A DNA stretch of 64,000 bases, from the NCBI GenBank assembly GCA_937148845.1, contig CAKZRW010000025.1, positions 2,318 through 66,317 of the forward strand, in the 5' to 3' direction. The DNA is from an uncultured Actinomycetes bacterium. GTDB taxonomy: Bacteria; Actinomycetota; Thermoleophilia; RBG-16-64-13. This document shows positions 17,153-26,260 of this stretch, piece by piece. The position numbers were made by a program, and so were the translations under genes. Under the pieces are notes generated by a model. It ran no database searches. It worked only from the letters and a program-made list of their open reading frames with translations, and had not been told where the DNA came from. How positions within the stretch are numbered: the stretch's first letter is position 1; each line of letters starts with the position of its first letter.

Positions 17153-18154
17153 ATGGCTGTGGACCTCGGCACTGCCACGACCCTGGTATATCTGCGCGGC
17201 CGGGGCATCGTTCTTGCTGAACCGTCGGTGGTAGCCATAGATTCGCGCACCGGCGAGGTCGTAGCTGTGGGTACTGAAGCCAAACGCATGTTGGGCCGCA
17301 CCCCGGGGACTATCACGGCCATCCGGCCGCTTAAGGACGGGGTCATCGCCGATTTCGATGTTACGGAGCAGATGCTGCGTCATTTCATCCAGCGGGTACA
17401 TCAGAACCGCTGGGCTCATCCACGGGTGGTCGTGTGCGTTCCGTCGGGCGTCACCGGCGTGGAGAGACGAGCTGTGGAGGAAGCCACCATCAGCGCCGGA
17501 GCCCGGGCCGCTTATCTCATCGAAGAGCCGATGGCCGCGGCCATAGGGGCCGGCCTCCCTGTGGCCGAACCCACCGGTAGCATGATCGTTGACATCGGTG
17601 GGGGGACGACCGAAGTCGCTGTGATCTCTCTGGCGGGGATCGTGGTCTCGCAGTCTGTGCGGGTGGGGGGCGACGAGATTGACGAAGCGATCATTTCTTA
17701 TATAAAGAAAGAATACAAGCTGATGATCGGGACACAGACGGCCGAGGAACTCAAGCTGGAGATAGGTTCTGCTTATCCTTTGGAGCAGGAGGAAGAAGCG
17801 GAGATTCGGGGCCGGGACCTGGTCACTGGTCTGCCCAAGAACCTGGTGGTCACCTCCGAGGAGATCCGCGAAGCCATCGCCGAGCCGGTGGCGGTCATCA
17901 TCGATGCCGTCAAGTCAACGCTTGACAAGACGCCTCCTGAATTAGCCTCCGACATCATGGACCGGGGCATCATGTTGGCTGGCGGGGGCTCGTTGCTCCG
18001 GGGGATGTGTGAGAGGTTGCGGGAGGAGACCCAAATGCCGGTCAACCTGGCCGAGTCGCCGCTCACCTGTGTGGCCGTGGGCTCAGGCCGCTCGCTCGAG
18101 GCGTTCGACTCGCTTTATAGGGGTCCGCAGAGGAGCAGAAGACGCCGCTACTAG
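17153..18154 (+). CDS. mreB: rod shape-determining protein MreB (actin homologue); true start may be a non-AUG codon upstream (ATA ~17111)
   Basis: 333 aa from the ATG. Actin/Hsp70 fold motifs DLGTATT and DIGGGTTE. The in-frame upstream codons [14 protein letters not shown] resemble MreB N-termini (Streptomyces MGNSFIGRDMAIDLGTANT; B. subtilis MFGIGARDLGIDLG). Confidence 0.9.
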   Translation: MAVDLGTATTLVYLRGRGIVLAEPSVVAIDSRTGEVVAVGTEAKRMLGRTPGTITAIRPLKDGVIADFDVTEQMLRHFIQRVHQNRWAHPRVVVCVPSGVTGVERRAVEEATISAGARAAYLIEEPMAAAIGAGLPVAEPTGSMIVDIGGGTTEVAVISLAGIVVSQSVRVGGDEIDEAIISYIKKEYKLMIGTQTAEELKLEIGSAYPLEQEEEAEIRGRDLVTGLPKNLVVTSEEIREAIAEPVAVIIDAVKSTLDKTPPELASDIMDRGIMLAGGGSLLRGMCERLREETQMPVNLAESPLTCVAVGSGRSLEAFDSLYRGPQRSRRRRY

Positions 18155-18170
18155 CTAGCGGGGGTCATGT

Positions 18171-19052
18171 ATGCCGCGTAACAAGTTGGCGTGGCGACGG
18201 GTCGTCCTCGTCGTCCTTATCATAGCCTCATTAGCGATACTCACCGTTTCTTTCCGGGAGTCCGAGTCGGGCCCGGTCCATGCCATCCAACAGTTCGCGG
18301 CTGGTCTACTGTCCCCCCTCCAGACGTTCGGGGCAAGAGCAGCCCAGCCCTTCAAGGACGGGTACGAATGGATCCGCACCTTGTGGTCGGCTCATAAGGA
18401 GGCGGAGCGCTTGGCTGCAGAGCTCCAGAAGCTCCAAGGCCAGGCGGTGAAGCTTCAAGAACAAGCTGAGGAGAACGAGCGCCTACGAGCGCTCTTGGAC
18501 CTGCGGGAGAAGGGCAGCTTCCCGGAGGGGACCCAATTTGTGGTAGCCAAGGTCATCGGGAAGTCCCCGACCAAGTGGCAGGCCTGGATCCAGATCGACA
18601 AGGGTTCTCTGGACGGAGTCAAAGTGGACCAGGCGGTTGTGGGCGCTACTCCGAGCGTGGGAGAGGGATTGGCAGGCAAGGGGCTGGTAGGCAAAGTCGT
18701 CGGAGTGACGCGGCATACAGCCAAGGTGCTGCTGATCGTCGATGCGGGTTCCAGTGTAGCGGCCAAGGTGCAAGGTTCGCGGGCCGAGGGTGTGGTCGAA
18801 GGCTCGGTGTCGGGGCGACTGATCATGGACTACGTGGACCGCGATGTGGTCGTCGACCCTAAACGGGTGGTGGTCACTTCCGGCTACGGCGGGGTCTATC
18901 CCGCAGACATACCCATAGGCATCGTGACCAGTGTCGGCGAGCAAGACGTGAACATCTACAAGCAGATCGAAGTGCAGCCTTTCGTGGACTTCCGCGTGTT
19001 GGAAGAAGTGATGGTGCTGCTGGTGCCGGGTAGCGGCCTGGAAGGGGACTAA
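18171..19052 (+). CDS. mreC: rod shape-determining protein MreC
   Basis: 293 aa. N-terminal TM, coiled coil, then beta-rich domain. Position after mreB. Confidence 0.85.
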   Translation: MPRNKLAWRRVVLVVLIIASLAILTVSFRESESGPVHAIQQFAAGLLSPLQTFGARAAQPFKDGYEWIRTLWSAHKEAERLAAELQKLQGQAVKLQEQAEENERLRALLDLREKGSFPEGTQFVVAKVIGKSPTKWQAWIQIDKGSLDGVKVDQAVVGATPSVGEGLAGKGLVGKVVGVTRHTAKVLLIVDAGSSVAAKVQGSRAEGVVEGSVSGRLIMDYVDRDVVVDPKRVVVTSGYGGVYPADIPIGIVTSVGEQDVNIYKQIEVQPFVDFRVLEEVMVLLVPGSGLEGD

Positions 19053-19056
19053 AGGC

Positions 19057-19599
19057 GTGTTGGACCGCAGACGCCTCGCAATTGTGGCGAAGGTGATAGG
19101 CGTATTAGCCATCGCCGTGGTTCTGCAGGTCTTCGTTGTGTCGCAGGTGAGCGTCCTGGGGGTCACTGCCGACCTGTTCCTGGTCCTCACTACAGTTGTC
19201 GCTGTCACCCGGGGTCCTCTGGAGGGGGCGGTCTTCGGCTTCATGGCCGGTCTGGTGGCGGACACCGCCTATCTGGCGCCTCTAGGTGTCCGCTCTCTGG
19301 TCTATGTGATCGTCGGCTACTTGGCAGGACTGGCGGCGGCGCGTCTGGCTTTCTCCAGTCCTTGGGGAGTGGCCCTGCTGGCGGGAGCTGCTTCGTTCGG
19401 AGCGCAGTTCGTGTTCGGTCTGTTCGAGTTCGTCATGGGGCCGCGGGCGGCTTTTCTGCGGATGCTGGGAACCCAGATGTTGCCAGAAGCTTTGCTCGAC
19501 GGTCTACTTACAGCGCCCATCTACGTCCTCCTGGTGCGGCTCCACTTGTTGCCCCCAGCGTCCAGCGAACCGTCCGGACCGGGGGGTGGGAAGACATGA
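19057..19599 (+). CDS. mreD: rod shape-determining protein MreD
   Basis: 180 aa polytopic membrane protein directly after mreC. GTG start. Confidence 0.8.
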   Translation: MLDRRRLAIVAKVIGVLAIAVVLQVFVVSQVSVLGVTADLFLVLTTVVAVTRGPLEGAVFGFMAGLVADTAYLAPLGVRSLVYVIVGYLAGLAAARLAFSSPWGVALLAGAASFGAQFVFGLFEFVMGPRAAFLRMLGTQMLPEALLDGLLTAPIYVLLVRLHLLPPASSEPSGPGGGKT

Positions 19600-21521
19600 T
19601 CTTGGAGCCTGCTCGCAAGAGACGGCCCCCCGAGGACGAGTCTTTCGTCGGCATCCGGGTCGGTGTGCTACTCGTGATCGCTTGCGTGCTGTTTGGGGTG
19701 ATCGCCTTCCGCTTGTGGTATCTACAGGTCCTCTCGGGAGACTCTTACACGGCGGTGGCAGCCAACAACCGGCTGCGCGAGGTGAGAGTGGAGGCGCCGC
19801 GCGGGGTCATCTATGACCGCAACGGCAAGATCTTGGTCGATAACCGAGCGGGGCTCACGGTGGGCATCCTGCCGATGGCTATGTTCAGTCCCAAGAAGCA
19901 GCCCGAACAGTTCGCCGAGGAGATCAGAAGGCTTTCCGAAGTCTTAGAGGTGCCCGAGGCCGATCTCCTCGCCGCTTACGAGAAGGCGAAGAAAGACCCT
20001 TATGTCACTTACCCGATCAAAGAAGACGTCCCTAGGGAAACGGTGGTGGCCTATCTTAAGGAGCACAGTGACCAGTTTCCTGGGGTGCAGGTGGAGAAGG
20101 CGTTCGTGCGCCGCTATCCGAACAAGTCGCTGGCCACCCATGTGCTTGGGTATGTGGGCGAGATCTCGCAGACCGAGCTCGGTCAGCAGGAGTTCGCGAC
20201 CCTGAAAATGGGCGCGCACGTCGGCAAGGATGGTGTAGAGCGTACCTACGACTCCTACCTCCGAGGCACAGACGGCTGGAAGACGGTGGAGGTCGACGCA
20301 GCGGGGCGGCCTAAACGTTTTCTGGATGACGTAGCTCCGACGCCAGGAGCCAATCTGGTGTTAACCATAGATGCTGATCTGCAACAAGCCTCAGAAGATG
20401 CCATCCTGGAAGGCATCAAGCGGGCGCACGAGCAGGGCTTCGTCAACGCGTCGGGCGGAGCGGTGGTGGCGCTCGATCCGCGCAACGGGGAGATACGCGC
20501 TCTTGCCTCTTTCCCCGACTATGATCCGTCGCTCTGGGTCGGAGGCATGAGCAAGCAGAAGTTTAGCGAACTCACTGCCCCCGAGTCACATCAGCCCCTT
20601 TTCAACCGGGCATTGAACGGCCTGTATCCGGCTGGCTCCACTTTCAAGCCCTTCGTCGCCGCCGTGGCGCTGAATGCAGGGCTGGTGACTCCGGAGACTA
20701 TCTACGACTGTTCAGGTAAGTTCTCGGTAGCCCAGCAGACCTGGCGGGACTGGTTGAAGCAAGGCCATGGTCCGGGTATAGACCTGCTGACCGCCATCAA
20801 AGAGTCCTGCGACGTCTACTTCTATAACCTGGGCAATCTTCTTTACCAACAGGAGGGCCCGGTACTGCAGGACGGTCTGCGACAGTTCGGCTTCGGACAA
20901 AAGACGGGCATCGATCTGCCAGGGGAGACAGACAAGACCCGTGTTCCCGATAAGTACTGGAAAAGAGAGCAGGGCAAGTCCGCGGAGGACAAGCTGTGGA
21001 AACCCGGCGACGAGATCAACCTGGCTATCGGCCAAGGCGATCTGCTGGTCACGCCTCTCCAATTGGCGGTCGCACTCTCAGCTATCGCCAATGGGGGGAC
21101 CCTATGGGTACCGCGGTTAGGTCTCCGGATCACCGACGCCTCGGGCAACGTGGTGCACCAGTTCGAACCGGAGCAGCGCGCGCAGCTGGGAATCGACCGA
21201 CAGATTCTGGAACTGATCGAAGAAGGCATGGTGCTGGTCACCTCCGAAGTAGGGGGTACGGCGAGGATCGCGTTCGAAGGCTTTGCCATACCGGTCGCGG
21301 GCAAGACTGGCACTGCCGAAAAGAGGCCTGAAGACGATTACGCACTCTTCATTGCCTATGCTCCTGCCGATCCCGTAAAGGAACCTGAGATAGTGGTGGT
21401 GGCGATCATAGAGCAAGGCGGTCACGGCAGCTCGGTGGCTGCACCGGTGGTCCGTCGCGTTCTGGAGGCCTATTTCCATACCCAGAGCGGCGGAACGCAG
21501 ATCATCCCAGCGACGGAGTAG
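19596..21521 (+). CDS. mrdA: penicillin-binding protein 2 (elongasome peptidoglycan D,D-transpeptidase)
   Basis: Track ORF 19362 overlaps mreD. ATG at 19596 (ATGA overlap with the mreD stop) gives MILEPARKRR..., a TM helix, then PBP dimerisation and transpeptidase domains with STFK, SxN and KTGT motifs. Confidence 0.9.
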   Translation: MILEPARKRRPPEDESFVGIRVGVLLVIACVLFGVIAFRLWYLQVLSGDSYTAVAANNRLREVRVEAPRGVIYDRNGKILVDNRAGLTVGILPMAMFSPKKQPEQFAEEIRRLSEVLEVPEADLLAAYEKAKKDPYVTYPIKEDVPRETVVAYLKEHSDQFPGVQVEKAFVRRYPNKSLATHVLGYVGEISQTELGQQEFATLKMGAHVGKDGVERTYDSYLRGTDGWKTVEVDAAGRPKRFLDDVAPTPGANLVLTIDADLQQASEDAILEGIKRAHEQGFVNASGGAVVALDPRNGEIRALASFPDYDPSLWVGGMSKQKFSELTAPESHQPLFNRALNGLYPAGSTFKPFVAAVALNAGLVTPETIYDCSGKFSVAQQTWRDWLKQGHGPGIDLLTAIKESCDVYFYNLGNLLYQQEGPVLQDGLRQFGFGQKTGIDLPGETDKTRVPDKYWKREQGKSAEDKLWKPGDEINLAIGQGDLLVTPLQLAVALSAIANGGTLWVPRLGLRITDASGNVVHQFEPEQRAQLGIDRQILELIEEGMVLVTSEVGGTARIAFEGFAIPVAGKTGTAEKRPEDDYALFIAYAPADPVKEPEIVVVAIIEQGGHGSSVAAPVVRRVLEAYFHTQSGGTQIIPATE

Positions 21522-21527
21522 CACGCT

Positions 21528-22724
21528 GTGAATGCACCTATCCCCATCCTGCAGCAAGCGACTGAGCGGCGGCAACCGCTCGGTTTCTCACTAGGGCGTT
21601 ATCTACGCAGCCTGGACTGGATACTGTTGGGCGCGGTGCTGGCACTGGTGACTTACGGGCTGTTCCTGCTCTACTCAGCCACCCACGCCGATACCAACAT
21701 CTCCAGTCCCTTCTACTACGTCCGGTCCCAAGCCGTCGGCTTGGTGTTGGGCTTCGTCCTCTTGATAATCATCAGTCTGTCCGACTATCGCTGGGTAAGG
21801 CGGTTCCGGACCTACATCTACGGCGCCAATCTGTTGGTCCTGCTTCTCACACTGGTAATCGGCTCGGGGAGCCAGGAGGTGGGAGCCAACCGCTGGATCG
21901 AGCTCCCCTTCTTCTCGCTCCAGACCTCAGAGCTGGCGAAGCTCCTGCTTGTCCTCAGTCTGGCTGGCGTCCTTAGCGAGGGCGCCGAGCTGCGGCACCG
22001 CTTCCGGTTCGTCCTGTTCACTGTGATCTACGTGGCCATGCCCAGTGTCTTGGTTTTTCTGCAGCCCGATCTGGGCACCGCTTTGGTGTTCGGGGCCATC
22101 CTGATCACCATGCTCGTCATCTGGGGTATCCGCCTTCCTCATCTGGGGATCCTCGGCGCGGGAACAGTGATAGGAGCCGCCCTTCTCTTGCGCGTTTTCC
22201 CAGCCCTTGGCCTCCAGGTGCTGAAAGACTACCAGCTGAAACGGCTGACCCTTTTCTTGAACCCCGATAGCGACCCCACGGGCTTCGGCTACCAATTGAC
22301 CCAGAGCAAGATCGCCATCGGTAGCGGTATGTTCACCGGTAAGGGCTACTTGAAGGGCACTCAGACCCATTTGAACTTCTTGCCTGCGCATCACACCGAT
22401 TTCATCTTCGCCGTCCTGGGGGAGGAACTAGGCTTTTTGGGCGCTATGCTCCTATTGGGCCTGTACCTTGTCGTGATCTGGCGATGTCTTCGCATAGCCC
22501 GGTTGTCGACCGACCTCTATGGGCGTCTGATTGCGGCAGGCGTGGCTGGCGCGATCCTCTTCCAGGTTTTCGTCAACGTGGGAATGACCATCGGCATCAT
22601 GCCGGTGACCGGAATCCCGCTTCCTTTCGTGAGTTTCGGCAGTTCGGCCCTGGTAGTATTCTTGATGGCGATCGGCTTCCTGGAAAGTATCCATGTCCGT
22701 TCAGTAGCCGGTCAGGAACGATGA
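21528..22724 (+). CDS. rodA: rod shape-determining SEDS peptidoglycan glycosyltransferase RodA
   Basis: 398-aa FtsW/RodA/SpoVE family member with 10 TM helices. Directly downstream of mrdA. Confidence 0.9.
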   Translation: MNAPIPILQQATERRQPLGFSLGRYLRSLDWILLGAVLALVTYGLFLLYSATHADTNISSPFYYVRSQAVGLVLGFVLLIIISLSDYRWVRRFRTYIYGANLLVLLLTLVIGSGSQEVGANRWIELPFFSLQTSELAKLLLVLSLAGVLSEGAELRHRFRFVLFTVIYVAMPSVLVFLQPDLGTALVFGAILITMLVIWGIRLPHLGILGAGTVIGAALLLRVFPALGLQVLKDYQLKRLTLFLNPDSDPTGFGYQLTQSKIAIGSGMFTGKGYLKGTQTHLNFLPAHHTDFIFAVLGEELGFLGAMLLLGLYLVVIWRCLRIARLSTDLYGRLIAAGVAGAILFQVFVNVGMTIGIMPVTGIPLPFVSFGSSALVVFLMAIGFLESIHVRSVAGQER

Positions 22725-22772
22725 TGCCTTACGAGTCCAGTCTTGGGCTGTCAAGCTGTCTAGGAGGCCGAA

Positions 22773-23624
22773 GTGCCAAAGTTGCCACTGCAACCAGCTA
22801 AGATCATCGCGACCTGGCAGGAAGCGGCCGGCAGGGCCGAGACCATCCTTTCCTTGGTGCTGGCTGGCGAGCCTCGCCTGGTGGCCGAAGCTCAGCACCA
22901 GTTGGGAGGAGGAGCAGTAGTACCGGGCGTCTGGGCGGGGGAGGTGACAGATCTACTGAGGGCCGGTCTCTCTCCCAGTGAGATGGCGCTGATCTTCGTG
23001 GGGCCGGAGGCCGAGTTTCGTGTGGTCGAGACTCTTGGCTACGCCCCCGCCGGTGTCAGGGTGATACTGGCCGTTGACGAGGGTGAGCAAGCCACCGGCC
23101 GCACAGCAAGACCGTTGTCCAACTGTCTGCGTGTTTCCTTCTCGGATACGCCTGGGGGCTGGCGCCGACTCTTTGCGGCCTGCGTGGAGCTGGCTGAGGA
23201 GGAGGCTGTGGCTTTGGGGCGTCGTTACCCTGTCTTGCGGCGGCCGGCGGCCCGCCGCGTGATATGGCGAACCGCTAGGGAGAACGGCCTGATCGGAGCT
23301 GCGTTCTTCGTTCCGGGCTCGGACTGGCCGCCCATGACTTTGAACCAGGTACGAATGGTGTTGGATCTCGCGGCTCTGTTCGGACACCCGGTGGACTTGG
23401 AGCGGGCTTTGGAAGTGCTGGGTGTGATCGCGCTGAGCCTTGGTTTTCGCAGGCTGGGCCAGAAGGCCGCGACGGGCAGGCGGGACCTGAAGTGGATGGC
23501 GAAAGGGCTCACCGGCTCAGTGGCGACGGTGGCGCTGGGTCTGGCTGCCATAAAGTATTACGAGCATGGGGCCCCCTTGTCCACCAGCCGGGTAGTGGCT
23601 GGCCTTGGGTCACTAAGAGGGTGA
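22773..23624 (+). CDS. hypothetical protein; C-terminal half weakly EcsC-like
   Basis: 283 aa. AGGAGG Shine-Dalgarno before GTG. The C-terminal ENGLIGAAFFVPGSDWPPMTLNQVRMVLDLAALFGHPVD resembles the EcsC-family core. N-terminal half unassigned. Sits between rodA and the rSAM/RNase gene pair. Confidence 0.5.
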   Translation: MPKLPLQPAKIIATWQEAAGRAETILSLVLAGEPRLVAEAQHQLGGGAVVPGVWAGEVTDLLRAGLSPSEMALIFVGPEAEFRVVETLGYAPAGVRVILAVDEGEQATGRTARPLSNCLRVSFSDTPGGWRRLFAACVELAEEEAVALGRRYPVLRRPAARRVIWRTARENGLIGAAFFVPGSDWPPMTLNQVRMVLDLAALFGHPVDLERALEVLGVIALSLGFRRLGQKAATGRRDLKWMAKGLTGSVATVALGLAAIKYYEHGAPLSTSRVVAGLGSLRG

Positions 23625-26260
23625 GGCCGACTACTCCCCAAGAGAAGTTCGCGGAGCTGCTCGCCCGGGTAAGCAAGCCCGCCCGGCTTATCGGAGGCGA
23701 GTTCGGCTCGGGCAGAGGCTTCAGCAGCGATCGTAGTCGTCTGCGGGTGGTTCTGGGTTTTCCTGACACCTACGAGATCGGCATCTCCAACCAGGCTATC
23801 CAGATCCTCTATCACTTGGCTCAGCGGACAGCCGAAGTGGAGGTGGAGAGAGTCTACCTACCCTGGGTCGACGTCATTGGCGAGATGCGTGCGAGGGGGA
23901 TTCCTCTTCTCACCCTGGAGACGTGGACGCCTGTGCGCGATTCCGACCTGTTGGGGATCACCCTGCAGCAGGAACTTCATTTCACAAGCGTCTTGGAGCT
24001 GCTGGATCTGGCCGGTATCCCGTTGCACACTCGCGAACGGAGAGAGGAGGACCCTTTGCTGGTGGGAGGTGGTCCTGCCTGCAGCAATTTCCTCCCGATG
24101 AGCGATTTCTTCGACGCTTTTGCCCTGGGGGACGGAGAGGAGATGTGGCCTGAGATCCTGCAGGCGTTGGTCGAAGCCAAGCAGGGCGGCTGGTCTCGAG
24201 AAGAGAGCAAGGCCAGACTTGCGGGAATAGAGGGGATCTACGTACCTGGCGTCAGTCGTTCCGTACGCAGACGGGTCCTCAAACAGCTGGAGGGGGCGCC
24301 TTACCCCGCGCAGTGTCTGGTACCGCTCACGGGTGGGGTCCATGACCGGGCCTGGGTGGAGGTGATGAGGGGTTGCACCCGGGGCTGTCGGTTCTGCCAG
24401 GCGGGGATGTGGTACCGGCCGGTGAGAGAGCGCCATCCCCGTTCAGTGCTCGACTTAGCCCGGTCTCAACTGGGGGCGACCGGGCACGGAGAGATCGCCC
24501 TCGGGTCGCTATCGACCACCGACTATAGCGGCCTGGAGGAAGTGCTGAAGAGTGCGGCCCGTGAACTTCCCGAAATCCGAGTCTCGCTGCCCTCACTGCG
24601 AGTCGATACTGCCGCTGTGCGACTGGCCCGACTCGCCTCACCCACAGGAACGTCCTTGACACTTGCCCCCGAGGCAGGGAGTCAGCGGATGCGCGACCTC
24701 ATCAACAAGAACGTCACAGAGGAAGACATCCTGGCGGCTGCAAGGGAAGCGGTCCGCAGTGGTCGCTCCACCCTGAAGTTGTACTTCATGATCGGATTGC
24801 CGGGCGAGCAAGACGAGGACGTGGCAGCTATCGCTGACCTCTGCCTACGGATCAGGGAGCAAGGGCGCGCGCTGCTGGGGGATAAGGCCGGTCGCTTTCG
24901 ACTCCACGTGAGTGTCAACTATTTCGTGCCGAAGCCGTTCACACCTTTCCAGTGGAAGGGTATGGCACCCCGCCGGGTGTTGCTGCGACGGCGGGAGATG
25001 CTGTTCGCCAGACTGGCCCGACGCGGCATCAAGCTGGCCTTCCCCGACCTCGAGTTGAGTTACTTGGAGGCCGCCTTGGCACGCGGGGGTGAGGAGCTGG
25101 GGAAGGTGATCAAGGCGGCGTGGAGAGGAGGCGCCCGCTTCGACCCTTGGACCGAGCACTTCCGGCCCGAGGTGTGGCGTTCAGCCTTCCAGGCGATCGG
25201 TCTGGAGGTGGAAGAACTTGCCACCCGGGATCTGGCCCGGGACACTCGCTTGCCGTGGGAGGTCATCGAAGGGGTTGTCGACAAAGAGTTCCTGTGGCGA
25301 GAGTGGGAGGCGGCTGGAGCAGTGCTGGCCACCCCCGATTGCCGATGGACGGGGTGCCTAGACTGTGGAGCTTGCACGGAGGTCCCTGGGAACGACTTGG
25401 TGTCCGCGCAAGGAGGCGGTTGGGAAGAGGCCAGCGAGGTCGGCGAGGTCCGGGGGGAAAAGCGACAGATGGCCAAAGCCGCGGGGAAGCGTCTTCGTTA
25501 TGTGGCTACGTTCGCGGTAGAGGGACGGAGCCGATTCTTGAGCCACCTGGATCGCCTAGAGGTGTTTCGGCGGGCTGTTCGTCAGGCGGGAGGAAGACTG
25601 GCTCTTTCCAGTGGTCTACGACCCAAGCCTCTGCTAAGCGTGGTCTTGCCCTTGGGGGTCGGCATCGAATCCATGGCGGAGTGGTGCGAGTTTGTGTTGT
25701 CGGAGACGCCGCCACCAGATTTCTATTCACGATTGGCTGAGGTGCTGCCGGCTGAGATGAAGTTGATCGACGTCACCTTGCGGCCGACGGGTCGTTCCTT
25801 GGCCTCGCTGGTGACCGGGGCCAGCTACGAGATCTCGGTTGAAGAAGCGGAGGCAGGAGAAGCTCGAGGAAGGTTTCTCACTCTGCCGCAAGCGGTCCGC
25901 CGTCTGAACGAGGCTCCCTCTCTATCCCTGCGCGAAGAGCGCGAAGGCCGAGAACACCAGGTCGAGTTGAAGCGCTTTCTCGAGCGGGTGGAGGTGGCCC
26001 CGACCGGGGGAAGACAATGGCGCGTGAGTTTTCGAGCGGCGGTTACGCCTGCGGGCACGGCCCGTCCCGACCAAGTGGTGAAAGCTCTGCGCCAAATGGG
26101 GACCGCTCCCCTCGCGGTAGAGCGGGTGGTGCGGACGAGGATCCATCTCCGCGATGAGTTTCTCTCAGGTGACGGACTTCACCCGAGTGGTGAGCTCGCC
26201 CCGGGCCGCCGGCTTCACCCAGACGACGAGCCTCTGGCGGAGAGAAGGGCGCTCCTATGA
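23621..26260 (+). CDS. radical SAM protein of the TIGR03960 family fused to a TIGR03936/DUF2344 domain (RNase E/G-associated rSAM pair, fused)
   Basis: Track ORF 23492 overlaps the upstream gene. GTG at 23621 (GTGA overlap) gives ...FAELLARVSKPARLIGGEF, matching TIGR03960 N-termini. CxxxCxxC rSAM motif CTRGCRFC. The DUF2344-like C-terminal ~230 aa is in the same frame. Confidence 0.8.
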   Translation: MRPTTPQEKFAELLARVSKPARLIGGEFGSGRGFSSDRSRLRVVLGFPDTYEIGISNQAIQILYHLAQRTAEVEVERVYLPWVDVIGEMRARGIPLLTLETWTPVRDSDLLGITLQQELHFTSVLELLDLAGIPLHTRERREEDPLLVGGGPACSNFLPMSDFFDAFALGDGEEMWPEILQALVEAKQGGWSREESKARLAGIEGIYVPGVSRSVRRRVLKQLEGAPYPAQCLVPLTGGVHDRAWVEVMRGCTRGCRFCQAGMWYRPVRERHPRSVLDLARSQLGATGHGEIALGSLSTTDYSGLEEVLKSAARELPEIRVSLPSLRVDTAAVRLARLASPTGTSLTLAPEAGSQRMRDLINKNVTEEDILAAAREAVRSGRSTLKLYFMIGLPGEQDEDVAAIADLCLRIREQGRALLGDKAGRFRLHVSVNYFVPKPFTPFQWKGMAPRRVLLRRREMLFARLARRGIKLAFPDLELSYLEAALARGGEELGKVIKAAWRGGARFDPWTEHFRPEVWRSAFQAIGLEVEELATRDLARDTRLPWEVIEGVVDKEFLWREWEAAGAVLATPDCRWTGCLDCGACTEVPGNDLVSAQGGGWEEASEVGEVRGEKRQMAKAAGKRLRYVATFAVEGRSRFLSHLDRLEVFRRAVRQAGGRLALSSGLRPKPLLSVVLPLGVGIESMAEWCEFVLSETPPPDFYSRLAEVLPAEMKLIDVTLRPTGRSLASLVTGASYEISVEEAEAGEARGRFLTLPQAVRRLNEAPSLSLREEREGREHQVELKRFLERVEVAPTGGRQWRVSFRAAVTPAGTARPDQVVKALRQMGTAPLAVERVVRTRIHLRDEFLSGDGLHPSGELAPGRRLHPDDEPLAERRALL

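Noticed and set aside
23492-23620. Track start of the rSAM ORF at 23492 (129-nt overlap with the upstream gene)
   Set aside because: Family N-terminal homology (KPARLIGGEF) begins shortly after the GTG at 23621, which overlaps the upstream stop (GTGA).
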